A stretch of DNA of 47,882 bases from Sphingomonadaceae bacterium (GCA_050261575.1 JBLNDL010000086.1:1-47882); one strand, 5' to 3'. Shown: positions 1-9,514, counted from the first letter of the stretch. Notes: generated by a model not told the origin, from the letters alone. Numbers and translations: made by a program.

Positions 1-111
1 CGACCTTGTCTTGTCAGGACCGATTGCTGCACAATAATCCGAACGTGATCCCGGCGAACGCCCCGCCGAGATCGCACAAGATCTATCCGGCTGGAATCGC
101 GAGGTAACCTG

Positions 112-1242
112 ATGGCCAAGAGAGCCCGCGTGGCGGTGCTGAAAACCCGACCGGAGTCGGTGCTGGAGGACTACCAGCGGTTGCTGGAGATGGCCGGCTA
201 CCGCGAGGCCCTGGACCCCACCAAGCCAACGATACTGAAGGACAACATCTCCTGGCACTTCCCCTTTCCCGGAGCCAACACCACGCCCTGGCAAATGGAG
301 GGGACCGTACTCGGCCTGCGGGCGGGAGGCTACACGGATCTCGTCTGCGTGCAGAACAAGACCGTGGTCACAGACGCCTTCAAAGGGGAGGATCTGAACC
401 ACTACGTCCCGCTCTTCAAGCGATACGACATCCCCGTGCTCTACAACTTCCGGGACGAGGACATGCGTTGGATCCGGTACGAGCCCAAAGCCAGGATGCT
501 CGCCCTCGACAGGATCTTCCCAGAGGGGATCCGCATACCAGACTTCTTCTTCGACAAGAACATCGTGCACCTGCCCACGGTGAAGTGCCACATCTACACC
601 ACCACCACGGGCGCGATGAAGAACGCCTTCGGCGGGCTCCTCAATACGAAGCGGCACTACACCCACAGTTGGATCCACGAGACCCTGGTGGACCTGCTGG
701 CCATCCAGAAGGAGATCCACTCCGGCCTCTTCGCCGTCATGGACGGGACCACGGCAGGAAACGGCCCAGGGCCGCGAACCATGTACCCCGAGATCAAGAA
801 CGTCATCCTGGCCTCCGCCGATCAGGTGGCCATAGACGCCGTGTCGGCCAAGATGATGGGCTTCGACCCCATGAGCATCAAGTACATCCGGCTCGCCCAC
901 GAGGCCGGGCTGGGAGTGGGCCGAATGGACGAGATCGAGGTGGTGGGCGAGGATATCAGCCAAGAGTCCTGGGGCTTCCAGGTGGGCAAGAACCTGGTGC
1001 GCATCGGGGGCGGAGACCTCATCTGGTTCGGGCCGCTAAAGCGGATGCAGAAGCTGTTCTTTCACACCCCGCTAGTCAACGCCTTCATCGTCGCCTCGGA
1101 GATCTACCACGACTACTACCGCTGGCCGATGAGGGACCGGGCGGTCTTCGAGCGGTGGCTGGTGCAGACCCCGTGGGGCAGGTTGTTCCAGCAGTACGCG
1201 GCGGCGGCCGTCGGGCCGGAGGCCGCACCCAAGGCAGGATAG
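112..1242 (+). CDS. DUF362 domain-containing protein (putative Fe-S binding)
   Basis: 376-aa ORF, SD GAGG; DUF362-like motifs LKxN, LPTVKCH, TTTGAMKNAFG, DGTTAGNGPGP, ASADQVAIDAV. Confidence 0.8.
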   Translation: MAKRARVAVLKTRPESVLEDYQRLLEMAGYREALDPTKPTILKDNISWHFPFPGANTTPWQMEGTVLGLRAGGYTDLVCVQNKTVVTDAFKGEDLNHYVPLFKRYDIPVLYNFRDEDMRWIRYEPKARMLALDRIFPEGIRIPDFFFDKNIVHLPTVKCHIYTTTTGAMKNAFGGLLNTKRHYTHSWIHETLVDLLAIQKEIHSGLFAVMDGTTAGNGPGPRTMYPEIKNVILASADQVAIDAVSAKMMGFDPMSIKYIRLAHEAGLGVGRMDEIEVVGEDISQESWGFQVGKNLVRIGGGDLIWFGPLKRMQKLFFHTPLVNAFIVASEIYHDYYRWPMRDRAVFERWLVQTPWGRLFQQYAAAAVGPEAAPKAG

Positions 1243-1321
1243 ACGCCTCGCTGGCGAGGTGGCGGTATGCTCTTGCCACCTCGCCGGTACGACCCATCCC
1301 CAACCGTGTATAATGCGCCCC

Positions 1322-2557
1322 ATGACCGCTTCTCTCGCCCCATCCACCCGGACAACCGCACGCGCCTTCGGCGGCCTGTGGGTCGCGAGGGACGTCGCCG
1401 CGCTCGGCGACGGCATTCTGCTGGTCGCGCTTCTCTGCTGGAGCTACCAGCTCCAGGAGTCGGCCACCGCGGCCAGCATCCTGGTGGTGGCGATGCTCCT
1501 CCCACCCTTCCTCCTGAGGCCACTCGCCCCCAAACTGGTGAGCCGGGGCAGCGCACGGGTGGTGGGCGCAGCCGGCCAGTTGCTGCGCGCGGCCGCTCTC
1601 ACGCCCCTCCTCGGGGTCGGCGTCGGCGTCAACCAGCAGCTGGTGCTGTCGGTGGCCTTCGTGGCCGCGATACCATCGGCTCTCGTCCAGGCGGCCCATG
1701 AGACCTCCCTTCGTGCCCTGGTGAAAACGGAGCACCTACCGGCTGCCCAGAAAGCCCTCTCGCGGACGCGGCTCTTGGCACTGGCCGCGGGTCCGGCTGC
1801 TGGGACCGCCCTCTACGGTGCCTCCGGCCTCGACGGAGCCACACTGGCCGTCCTTGCCGCCCTGGCCGTCTCCGCCGTCGGTCTCGCCGTCGCCAGGCCC
1901 CCGGTCGCCACCGACTCGTCGGGGGATCAGGCCATCGGGCCCGCCGACCTTCAGCGGGGATTGCTCCTCGCCCTACGGCACCCGTCCTTGAGGACCGTCG
2001 CGGTGGTGCAAATGTGGACGGCGCTTTCCACCGGCGGACTGGCAGTCGTGATGGTCGCGTTCACGGTGTGGGGCGTCTACGCGACGTCGGAAAACGTCGG
2101 ACTGCTCCTGGCAGCCATGGGACTCGGTGCGGTGGCGGCCTCCCTCGTCTGGGACCGGTTCGGACACCTTTTCCTGCCGAGCCACTCGATCGCCACCGCC
2201 ATCGGCATCGCCGCGACCTCGGGTTTCGCCCTCTCCCTCACCTCTTCTATGAACGAGGCCGCTCCCTTCTGCGTCGCGACGGGCTTCGGCCTGAGGCTGC
2301 TGGGAGCCGGCGTCGACGCACTCCTGGCCGCCCACTCCACCCCTGAGCAGCGCCCGGCCCTGCTCGCCGGACTCGACATGGCCACGTCGACGGCCTGCAT
2401 ACTCTCCGCCGTCGCCATGGGCCCCCTCTGCGACCTGATGACGCCGCGCCTCACACTCGTGCTGGCATGCATCCTCCTGTCGGTGCTCGGCCTCTACGCC
2501 TTTGCGAGCGTCGCGAATCCCGATGAACGGGCTTTACCAAACCGGTATAATGGGTAA
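1322..2557 (+). CDS. MFS transporter (probably leaderless)
   Basis: About 12 hydrophobic segments in an MFS-like layout; ATG at 1322 lies 7 nt after TATAAT (1309-1314) and has no SD. Confidence 0.7.
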   Translation: MTASLAPSTRTTARAFGGLWVARDVAALGDGILLVALLCWSYQLQESATAASILVVAMLLPPFLLRPLAPKLVSRGSARVVGAAGQLLRAAALTPLLGVGVGVNQQLVLSVAFVAAIPSALVQAAHETSLRALVKTEHLPAAQKALSRTRLLALAAGPAAGTALYGASGLDGATLAVLAALAVSAVGLAVARPPVATDSSGDQAIGPADLQRGLLLALRHPSLRTVAVVQMWTALSTGGLAVVMVAFTVWGVYATSENVGLLLAAMGLGAVAASLVWDRFGHLFLPSHSIATAIGIAATSGFALSLTSSMNEAAPFCVATGFGLRLLGAGVDALLAAHSTPEQRPALLAGLDMATSTACILSAVAMGPLCDLMTPRLTLVLACILLSVLGLYAFASVANPDERALPNRYNG

Positions 2558-2614
2558 GCCGGTTCGATTCCGGCCCGTCACCTCGAAGCCGAGTCCTGAA
2601 TGGGGAGTACGTCC

Positions 2615-3118
2615 ATGAAGAAGATGACTGAGGAGAACCTGAAAGCGTCCTTCGCTGGTGAGAGCCAGGCCCACGTCAAGTACCTAGCCTTCGCCGAGCG
2701 GGCAGAGCGAGAAGGCCTGCCCAACGTCGCCAGGCTGTTCCGGGCGGCCTCCTTTGCGGAACAGGTTCACGCCACGAGGCACTTGCAGGTGCTAAAGGGG
2801 ATCGGCTCCACTCTCGACAATCTGAGCGCCGCCATCGATGGCGAGACCTTTGAGTTCGAGGAGATGTACCCCTCCTACATGGCCGTGGCGGATGCCCAGG
2901 GCGAATCGACCGCCTTCAAGAGCATGCAGCGGGCGAACGAGGCAGAGAAGGTCCACGCCCAGCTTTACACCCGGGCCAAGGAAGCCGCGGCCGCCAGCCG
3001 GGACGTGGAGATGGGGCCGGTGGTGGTCTGCCAGGCGTGCGGCTACACGGCCGAGGGCGAGGCCCCGGACAAGTGCCCCCTCTGCGGCGCATCCAAGGAG
3101 CGGTTCAGCAAGTTCTAG
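2615..3118 (+). CDS. rbr: Rubrerythrin
   Basis: FAGESQA, EQVHA, GETFE, EKVH di-iron ligands; C-terminal CQACG...CPLCG rubredoxin-like domain; SD GGGGAG before ATG 2615. Confidence 0.92.
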   Translation: MKKMTEENLKASFAGESQAHVKYLAFAERAEREGLPNVARLFRAASFAEQVHATRHLQVLKGIGSTLDNLSAAIDGETFEFEEMYPSYMAVADAQGESTAFKSMQRANEAEKVHAQLYTRAKEAAAASRDVEMGPVVVCQACGYTAEGEAPDKCPLCGASKERFSKF

Positions 3119-3144
3119 AGCGACTTGCAGACCCATCCCCCTTC

Positions 3145-3180
3145 CCCCCTTCCGTCGCCAGGGAAGGGGGTCTCTTTTTT
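3145..3180 (+). terminator. Intrinsic terminator after rubrerythrin
   Basis: CCCCCTTCC/GGAAGGGGG stem followed by TCTCTTTTTT. Confidence 0.8.
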
Positions 3181-3249
3181 CCCCCGTTCGCCCCCGGCGC
3201 GCTTTGTGCTACGGTAGAGTTGAAGCCAGAAGCCACGAGGGACGTTGGG

Positions 3250-4125
3250 ATGCTGTTCGGACTCGACCACGCCATCATCGCCGTCAGGGACCTGGCGGCT
3301 GCCACGAGACAGTTGGAGAACGCCCTGGGGCTGACCGTAACCCCAGGCGGGGAGCACCCAGGGATGGGCACACACAACGCCATCGCCCGGCTGGGTACGG
3401 AGTACCTGGAGATCATCGCCGTGCGCGACCCCGTGGAGGCGGCGGCCAACCGAAGGGGGCAGATCCTGCTGGACTTCCTGAGCCGGAGGGAGGGGTACCT
3501 CGGCTTCGCCCTCAGCTCCGACGACCTGAACGGCGATCTGGCAGACATCCGCGACCGCGGACTCGACCTGGAGGGTCCGATACGAGGTTCCCGCCAGCGC
3601 CCCGACGGAACGGTGATGACCTGGAGGATGGCTGTGTCTCCCGAGGACCCCTGGGGCCGCCTACTCCCCTTCGTCATCCAGCACGACACCCCCATCCAGG
3701 AGAGGCGAAGCTGGGTGCCGCCGGGGGGGCACCCCCTCAAGGTATCCGGCATTCCGATGGTGTCGGTCGCGGTGGGCAGGCTGCGGCCAGCGGCCGACCT
3801 ATACCGGCGGCTGGTGGGCCAGCCGCCCGAGGTGACGGAAGACGTGCCGGCCCTCCCCGCGCGCAGGGCTCGATTCCGCGTGGGGGGCCTCCGCCTGGAT
3901 CTGCTGGAGCCCACCGCCCCCGACGGCGGCCTCGCCGACTTCGTCCACTTTCAGGGAGGCGGGCTCTTCATGGTCTCGCTCGCCGTGGCCAACCTGGAAG
4001 AGGCAGTCCGGCTGCTGCGCTCCCGAGGCACCGACGTGGGCGACCCCACACCCCAGCGCCGCGCCCCCCTCCTGGACCCCTCCCAGACCCTCGGGGCCCG
4101 CTTCCAGTTGGTCGAAACGCCGTAG
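3250..4125 (+). CDS. VOC/glyoxalase-like (Glyoxalase_3) two-domain protein
   Basis: LDHAIIAVRDL, GGEHPGMGTHN, YLEII, LPFVIQ; second VOC half resembles methylmalonyl-CoA epimerase (LDLLEPT...GGGLFMVSLAV). Confidence 0.85.
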   Translation: MLFGLDHAIIAVRDLAAATRQLENALGLTVTPGGEHPGMGTHNAIARLGTEYLEIIAVRDPVEAAANRRGQILLDFLSRREGYLGFALSSDDLNGDLADIRDRGLDLEGPIRGSRQRPDGTVMTWRMAVSPEDPWGRLLPFVIQHDTPIQERRSWVPPGGHPLKVSGIPMVSVAVGRLRPAADLYRRLVGQPPEVTEDVPALPARRARFRVGGLRLDLLEPTAPDGGLADFVHFQGGGLFMVSLAVANLEEAVRLLRSRGTDVGDPTPQRRAPLLDPSQTLGARFQLVETP

Positions 4126-4166
4126 CCCCCAGGGCAAGTGCTGAAGACCAAACCGCACCGCCTCCT

Positions 4167-4394
4167 GGTCGGGGACTGGTGCTCGGACTGGAGTCACCGA
4201 TCGGGGCCGATGCCCTGAGGACCATCCTGGCACCATCCGTCCAAGACGTGGCGGCGCTCGGCGCCATCGCACCGCTCAGGACTATTCTCTCCTTCTCGGT
4301 GGAGTATGAGCTGCGTCAGGCAGGAGATGGAGCGGATTCTAACGAGCCTCCCGCATCAGCGGACGCAGCTCGGCGACAAGCTGTTCGGCCGTGA
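4167..4394 (+). pseudogene. Decayed DUF1622-like membrane protein remnant (C-terminal half)
   Basis: GRGLVLGLESPIGADALRTILAPSVQDVAALGAIAPLRTILSFSVEYEL resembles my recollection of the DUF1622 pattern (GRxxxLGLEFLxAADIxRT...LGxIVxIRTxLS); no start codon or N-terminal helix; Pro substitutions in the helices. Confidence 0.6.
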
Positions 4395-4962
4395 AGTCGG
4401 TGTCCCTGATCATCACCCTCTGCCTACCCCCTGGGTCGATCAGGTAGGTCGGAGTGCTGTGGCTGACGTAGTAGAAGCCGCCCGCTCCGGCGGGGCCCGC
4501 CTCCACGGGGCCCTTGCTCACCCCTACGTAGTAGTCCTTCCAGACCGCCTCCAGGGCCGCGCGTTCGCCGGTGAGGAAGACCATCTTCCCCTGGAGATGC
4601 ATCGTCTCCAGGTACTGTCGCAGCCGCGAGACAGTGTCCCTCTCCGGATCGACGCTGATGGCCACCAGTGCCACCTTCCGCCGGTCGTCGCCCAACCTGT
4701 CCCACGCCTGGCCGAAGGTGGTGGTGACCACCGGGCAGACATCCGGGCAACTGCTGTAGAGGAATGTGAGCGCCACGGCCTTGCCGCGCAGATCCATCAG
4801 ACCGAGGGGCCGGCCGTCGTGGTCCACGAGGGAGAAGTCGGGCGACTCCCTTCCCTTCATATCCGTCTTGCTTAGCCCGGGGCCGCGCGCGACCGACGGC
4901 GGCGCGGCGCAGCCCGGCAGGAGGAGAAGTAGCGCCACAGCGAGGGCGATAAGCACCTTCAT
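4339..4962 (-). CDS. SCO1/SenC family copper chaperone lipoprotein
   Basis: Lipobox LPGC; CPDVC copper motif; ISVDPERDT; conserved His in VSHS. Confidence 0.93.
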   Translation of the reverse strand: MKVLIALAVALLLLLPGCAAPPSVARGPGLSKTDMKGRESPDFSLVDHDGRPLGLMDLRGKAVALTFLYSSCPDVCPVVTTTFGQAWDRLGDDRRKVALVAISVDPERDTVSRLRQYLETMHLQGKMVFLTGERAALEAVWKDYYVGVSKGPVEAGPAGAGGFYYVSHSTPTYLIDPGGRQRVMIRDTDFTAEQLVAELRPLMREAR

Positions 4963-4968
4963 TCTACC

Positions 4969-6405
4969 CTACCCCACACCCAAGGTGCCCCGCATCTCCA
5001 TCGGCTGCAGCATGAGCCACACTCCCGCCGCGAACAGAGCGATCTCCAGCAGCGCCCAGGGCAGGAACGCGCGACGAGCCGCCCGCAACTCGCCCTGGCG
5101 GGAGCGGGCCAGCCGATGGCTCACCACCAGCGAGAGGAGCAGCCCCGCCTCCAGGCAGATCAGCTCGATTGGCAGAAGCCAGGAGGCCGGCACCAACGGC
5201 GCCAACCCCCAGGCGGGATCCCCCAGCAGCGGCAGCCCCGCGTCTGCCAGGAAGCTCTGCACCACCGGCACCAGGGTCAGCCCGCCAGTGAGGAAGTGGT
5301 AGCCGTAGTGGGCCAGCCACATGCCGAAGCCCAGGGGGAGCAGACCGTAGCTGTGGTGGGCGGCCACCCGAGCCAGCGGCTCCGTGGAGCCCGCCAGCTT
5401 CCTGCTCGCCCAGGCGGCGAGCCCCACGGTCGCCAGCGGCAGCACGCCGAGGCCCAGGGCGAAGACCACCAGCAAGACGATCCCTTCCGAGCGGGTGCCC
5501 AGCAGCCCCGCCACCCATCCGGCAAACCCATGGAACGGGCCCACCATGCCGAAGGCGTTCATGTAGGATGCGTAGACCAGCACCACCACCAGGGCAGCCA
5601 GGTCGACCCGCTCGTCCAGGTGGCCTAGCCCCGCCCGGTGCCGGCCGTCCCCAAGCTCGGCCCCGGGCCGCCTGAGGATGACGCCGACGTTGTCGTGTGG
5701 GCAAGCGTGGACGCAATCCAGGCAGAAGGTGCAGTCCATGTTGCCTGCCTTCTTCGGCTGGAACAGCCCCAGCTCGCAGCCACCGGGCTGCCTGATGCAG
5801 TCTTTGGTGGCGCACGCGGAGCACAGGTTCGGCCGCAGCACCCGGACCTCCGATGGTGAGACCAGAGAGTTGACGAAGTTGAACTGGCCGATGGGGCAGA
5901 GATACTTGCAGAAGGCCGCCCCCTTGAAGAAGGCGTCCACCACGAAGGCCGCCGCGAAGTAGACGAGGATGATAACGGCGGTCAGCCAGGGGCTGGCCCA
6001 GGGATCGAAGGCCTCGTAGTACCAGAAGAAGAGCAGCAGCAGAGCGACGGCCGGCCACTTCCATCGCAGGGCCCTGGGCCAGGCTCGCTCGGCAGGCAGT
6101 AGCCTCTTGGCCAGCCATCGAGGGAGCATGAAGGGGCAGACCGTGCAGGCGACGCTGCCGACCTGCAGCAGAGCCAACACCGTGAGGCCACGCCACTCCA
6201 CCCACGGCACCACCCCTGCCAGGTTCATGGGAGCCAACTGGGGGCCGAACAGGCCATCGAAGATCAACAGGGCGGCGATGGCCAGCATCGGAAGCTGAAA
6301 GGCCACCCTGGCGTGGCGCCACCTGAGGAAGCTCCCCAGCAGAGGAAGTCTCAGCAGATCGAGGCCGGCCGCCTGCGCGCCCGGGGGCGCCACCGCCGGC
6401 CTCAC
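4969..6405 (-). CDS. Polytopic membrane protein with 4Fe-4S motifs (NapH/NosR/FesM-like)
   Basis: CTVCP and FCKYLCPIG (CxxxCP) motifs, CSACATKDC, CTFCLDCVHACP; many TM helices; GTG start overlaps the upstream TGA. Confidence 0.85.
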   Translation of the reverse strand: MRPAVAPPGAQAAGLDLLRLPLLGSFLRWRHARVAFQLPMLAIAALLIFDGLFGPQLAPMNLAGVVPWVEWRGLTVLALLQVGSVACTVCPFMLPRWLAKRLLPAERAWPRALRWKWPAVALLLLFFWYYEAFDPWASPWLTAVIILVYFAAAFVVDAFFKGAAFCKYLCPIGQFNFVNSLVSPSEVRVLRPNLCSACATKDCIRQPGGCELGLFQPKKAGNMDCTFCLDCVHACPHDNVGVILRRPGAELGDGRHRAGLGHLDERVDLAALVVVLVYASYMNAFGMVGPFHGFAGWVAGLLGTRSEGIVLLVVFALGLGVLPLATVGLAAWASRKLAGSTEPLARVAAHHSYGLLPLGFGMWLAHYGYHFLTGGLTLVPVVQSFLADAGLPLLGDPAWGLAPLVPASWLLPIELICLEAGLLLSLVVSHRLARSRQGELRAARRAFLPWALLEIALFAAGVWLMLQPMEMRGTLGVG

Positions 6406-6839
6406 CTGGCGGCCACCCCTTTCACGTCGAAGCTGCGCTCCAGCTTCTCGCCATCCGGCAGGGTGGCCAGGACCGTGAGGATCCAGTCCCCGCCCATCGT
6501 GAAGCGGAAGCCCTCGGTCTGGTAGCGACCCCCGCCGGTGTGCTTGGCCGCTGCCTGCACCGGCTTCATCCCAGCGTGGTTCATGTCGCCCCGCACCGAC
6601 ACCTCGGCACTCTCGATAGGCCTGCCCTGGGCGTCCCGGAGCAGCACTTCGATGGTGGCGGGTCCGACCGCCTTCTCCCCAACCGACTCCAGCTCCACCT
6701 GGGCGCCACCACCCCCTGCCGCGGCGGTCGTCCGCCCGCAGGCGGTGGCCATCAGCGCGAGCAGCACCATCGACACCAGCAGCAATGTGAGGGCGCCCCC
6801 TCGCTCAACGCGGGGCCATCGGCTCCGTGGAAAGGACAT
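6402..6839 (-). CDS. FixH/YtkA-like lipoprotein
   Basis: Lipobox ATAC; GDMNHAGMKP and FTMGGDW motifs; SD AGGAGGAGG before ATG 6839. Confidence 0.8.
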   Translation of the reverse strand: MSFPRSRWPRVERGGALTLLLVSMVLLALMATACGRTTAAAGGGGAQVELESVGEKAVGPATIEVLLRDAQGRPIESAEVSVRGDMNHAGMKPVQAAAKHTGGGRYQTEGFRFTMGGDWILTVLATLPDGEKLERSFDVKGVAAR

Positions 6840-7130
6840 CCTGCGGTACCTCCTCCTGAGGCTGGGCATCCCCCGCCCCGATCATCAACAACCACTTATG
6901 GGGCAAGAGGAGTGCCACCCGGGAGGTCCGCACGGGTATCTCCGGCTGCGCCGGTCGCCAGCAGTGCTCGATGGAACGGCAGGAGCGGATACAGAGGCCC
7001 GCCCCGGGGCGCAGAGACTGCGTGGCACCGTGCCCGCTCGCGTCACGAGCCCCACCCTACGCCGGAGATGCCCGCTCGGGCGATGGCCCTTCAGGCGCGA
7101 ACTGGGCCCAATCCACTCGGGGATACCCGC

Positions 7131-7655
7131 CTACAGCCCCCGGAGGATCTCCAGCAGCTCCTCGATGTCGGGCTGCTCGTTGCTGTCGTGGACGTCGATG
7201 AATGCGATGCGGCCCTCCTTGTCCACGATGAAGTTGGCCCGCTCGCTGTAGCCGTCGTCCCTGAGTACCCCGTACAGGCTGCACACCATCCCGTGGGGCC
7301 AGAAGTCCGAGGCCAGTGGGTAGCTGATCCCTCCCAGAGAGAGTGCCCAGTTCTTCAAGGCCGGCACGTGGTCGACGCTGATGCCGATGATGTCTGTGTC
7401 CAACTGGTCGAAGCGAGACTTGTCTACCTCCAACGAAGGCACCTCGACCGATCAAACTGGGGTGAAGGCCAGAGGGAAGAAGACGAGCAGCGCGTTCCGC
7501 TTGCCACGCAGGTCGGAGAGGGTGAAGTGGTTCGTGCTGCGGGCGCCGACGGTCCTCCCCAGGTGGGTGGGCAGGGTGAAATCGGGCGCCTCGTCGCCCA
7601 CAGCGAGGGTCACCGTCTCCATGGCTTTCTTCCTGCGGCCGATCGGGACAGACAT
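7131..7655 (-). CDS. AhpE-like peroxiredoxin (AhpC/TSA family) with in-frame UGA at the peroxidatic site; probable selenoprotein, 174 aa
   Basis: ORFs 7452..7715 and 7131..7442 share a frame; joined they read [10 protein letters not shown]...[18 protein letters not shown]...GISVD...LASDFWPHG...[15 protein letters not shown] at 7452-7454; SD AGAGGAGG before ATG 7655. Confidence 0.88.
7422..7448 (-). promoter_or_regulatory. Candidate bacterial SECIS element
   Basis: mRNA after UGA: UCG GUC GAGG UGCCUUC GUU GGAGGUA GAC; 7-bp upper stem with a G-containing loop starts 11 nt after UGA, plus a GUC/GAC lower stem. Confidence 0.7.
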
Positions 7656-7871
7656 GGGGAACCTCCTCTGGTCGATGGCGATGGCAGTTGAAGATCCCAG
7701 CACGTCTCGTACCACGGAGGCGGAGGGTCGCAGGGTCGGCGGACACGGCGACCCCGCCTGCGACGAACCAGCGGCAGGGGACGCCCCCGCCTACCCCCAA
7801 GAACGGGAGGGGGCGGGTCTGGGACCCGCCCCCCGGAGCTGCCGTGCAGGGCCGACCGGCCCTACGGTTCA

Positions 7872-9320
7872 CTAGATCCCGAAGGCCACGTGGAGCCACG
7901 GCAGGGCGAAGTAGACCACGAAGGCCAGGGAGGCGACGTACATCGCCCAGTGGAGGCTCTTGGCCTTGCCCTGCACGATCTTCAGGAAGGTGTAGGTGAT
8001 GAAACCGACGCCGATACCGTTGGTGATGCTGTAGGTGAAGGGCATCACGGCGATGGTCAGCAGCGCCGGCAGCCCCTCCTCCAAATCGCCGAAGGGGATG
8101 TCCTTGGCCACAGCGGCCATCAGGAAGCCCACGACGATCAGGGCAGGAGCCGTCGCGTGCGCCGGAACCACCCCGGCGACAGGGGAGAAGAACATGGCCG
8201 CCAGGAACAGGACACCGGTCACGACGGCGGTGAGCCCGGTCCGCCCGCCCTCGCTGACGCCCGCGGCGCTCTCGATGTAGGTGGTCGCGGAGCTCGTGCT
8301 GGCAGCACCGCCGAAGACCGCCGCCAGGGAGTCCACCAGCAGGATCCTGTTCAGCCGTGGCAGGCTACCCTTCTTGTCCAGCCAGCCGGCCTCACCGCCG
8401 ATGCCGATCACGGTCCCCATGGTGTCGAAGAAGTCCGACAGCATCAGGGAGAAGACAGTCAGGATGGCGGTCAGGAAACCCACCTTGGCGAAGATCTCGA
8501 AGCTGATGCCCTGGCCGACGATGGAGAGGTCTGGAAGGGCCACGATGGAGGATGGAATGACGGCCACACCCGGGGAGGCGAATGCCTTCCAGCCGCTGAG
8601 GCCGTTGATCACGATCGCCAGCACGGTGCTGGCCAGGATGCCGATCAGCAGGGCGCCCTTGACCCTCTTGGCCATCATCCAGATGATCAGGAAGAGGCCC
8701 ACGATCGCCACCAGGACGGGGCCAGAGGTCAGGTCGCCCAGCGCGACCGGGGTCGCCGGGTTCTTCGTGCCATACTTGATTAGCTCGCCGTCGGCGAGGC
8801 CGATGAAGAAGATGAAGAGACCAATGCCCACGCCGATGGCCTTCTTGAGGGTCATCGGTATGGCGTTCATCACCGCTTCGCGGAAGCCGGTCACCACCAG
8901 GAAGGTGATAGCGAGACCTTCCATAAAGATCACGCCCATGGCGGCCTGCCATGGGAGCTTCATCCCGACGATGAGCTGGAAGGCGACGACGGCGTTGAGC
9001 CCCATGCCCGGGGCCAGGGCGAAGGGATAGTTCGCGTAGACCCCCATGAAGATGGTCATGACTCCTGCGACGAGGCAGGTTGCCGCCATGACCGCAGGGA
9101 ACGCGGGACCGAGACCCTGGAGGTCCTGGATACCAGCGAAGGACAGGATCGAGGGATTAACGAAAATGATGTAGGCCATCACCATGAAGGTGGTGAGCCC
9201 CGCGACCAACTCGGTGCCCACGGTGCTGCCGCTGGCGCTGATGCCGAAGAAGCTATCGAGCCAGCCGCGGCTCCCGGCACCCTTGCCGGACATGTCTGCC
9301 GTGATGGATTGGTTTGCCAC
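7872..9320 (-). CDS. NCS2 family (AzgA/PbuG-like) purine permease
   Basis: ELVAGLTTFMVMAYIIFVNP, ANYPFALAPGMGLNA, DFFDTMGT, YIESAAGVSEGGRTGLT, MPFTYSITNGI; SD AGGAAGGGGAGG before GTG. Confidence 0.95.
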   Translation of the reverse strand: MANQSITADMSGKGAGSRGWLDSFFGISASGSTVGTELVAGLTTFMVMAYIIFVNPSILSFAGIQDLQGLGPAFPAVMAATCLVAGVMTIFMGVYANYPFALAPGMGLNAVVAFQLIVGMKLPWQAAMGVIFMEGLAITFLVVTGFREAVMNAIPMTLKKAIGVGIGLFIFFIGLADGELIKYGTKNPATPVALGDLTSGPVLVAIVGLFLIIWMMAKRVKGALLIGILASTVLAIVINGLSGWKAFASPGVAVIPSSIVALPDLSIVGQGISFEIFAKVGFLTAILTVFSLMLSDFFDTMGTVIGIGGEAGWLDKKGSLPRLNRILLVDSLAAVFGGAASTSSATTYIESAAGVSEGGRTGLTAVVTGVLFLAAMFFSPVAGVVPAHATAPALIVVGFLMAAVAKDIPFGDLEEGLPALLTIAVMPFTYSITNGIGVGFITYTFLKIVQGKAKSLHWAMYVASLAFVVYFALPWLHVAFGI

Positions 9321-9338
9321 AGCCTCCCCTTCCTTTTC

Positions 9339-9439
9339 TCAGGCGATTAACGCCCTGAAATGACCGAGCAGGCATCTCTAGGCGGAGTGCACACCTTTCC
9401 CGCCAGAGGAGTTGAGATGGACTGGAGATACCTGCTCAG
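9339..9439 (-). promoter_or_regulatory. Structured 5' leader of the NCS2 permease
   Basis: 15-bp stem CUGAGCAGGUAUCUC/GAGAUGCCUGCUCGG (9425-9439 with 9364-9378) enclosing GGCGGG/UCCGCC, then a UCAGG(G)CG/CGCCUGA hairpin next to the SD. Confidence 0.55.
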
Positions 9440-9514
9440 AGCCTAGGAAAACGGGCCCAGAAGACGGGGCGGGACCATGCGGGCCGCGCCGCCCGGAGCC
9501 GACCTCGCGCCACC

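Noticed and set aside
7131..7715. Peroxiredoxin as a nonsense pseudogene or as two separate ORFs
   Set aside because: The single stop is UGA at the exact catalytic Cys column, has a SECIS-like hairpin behind it, and there is no other decay; Sec recoding is the simpler reading
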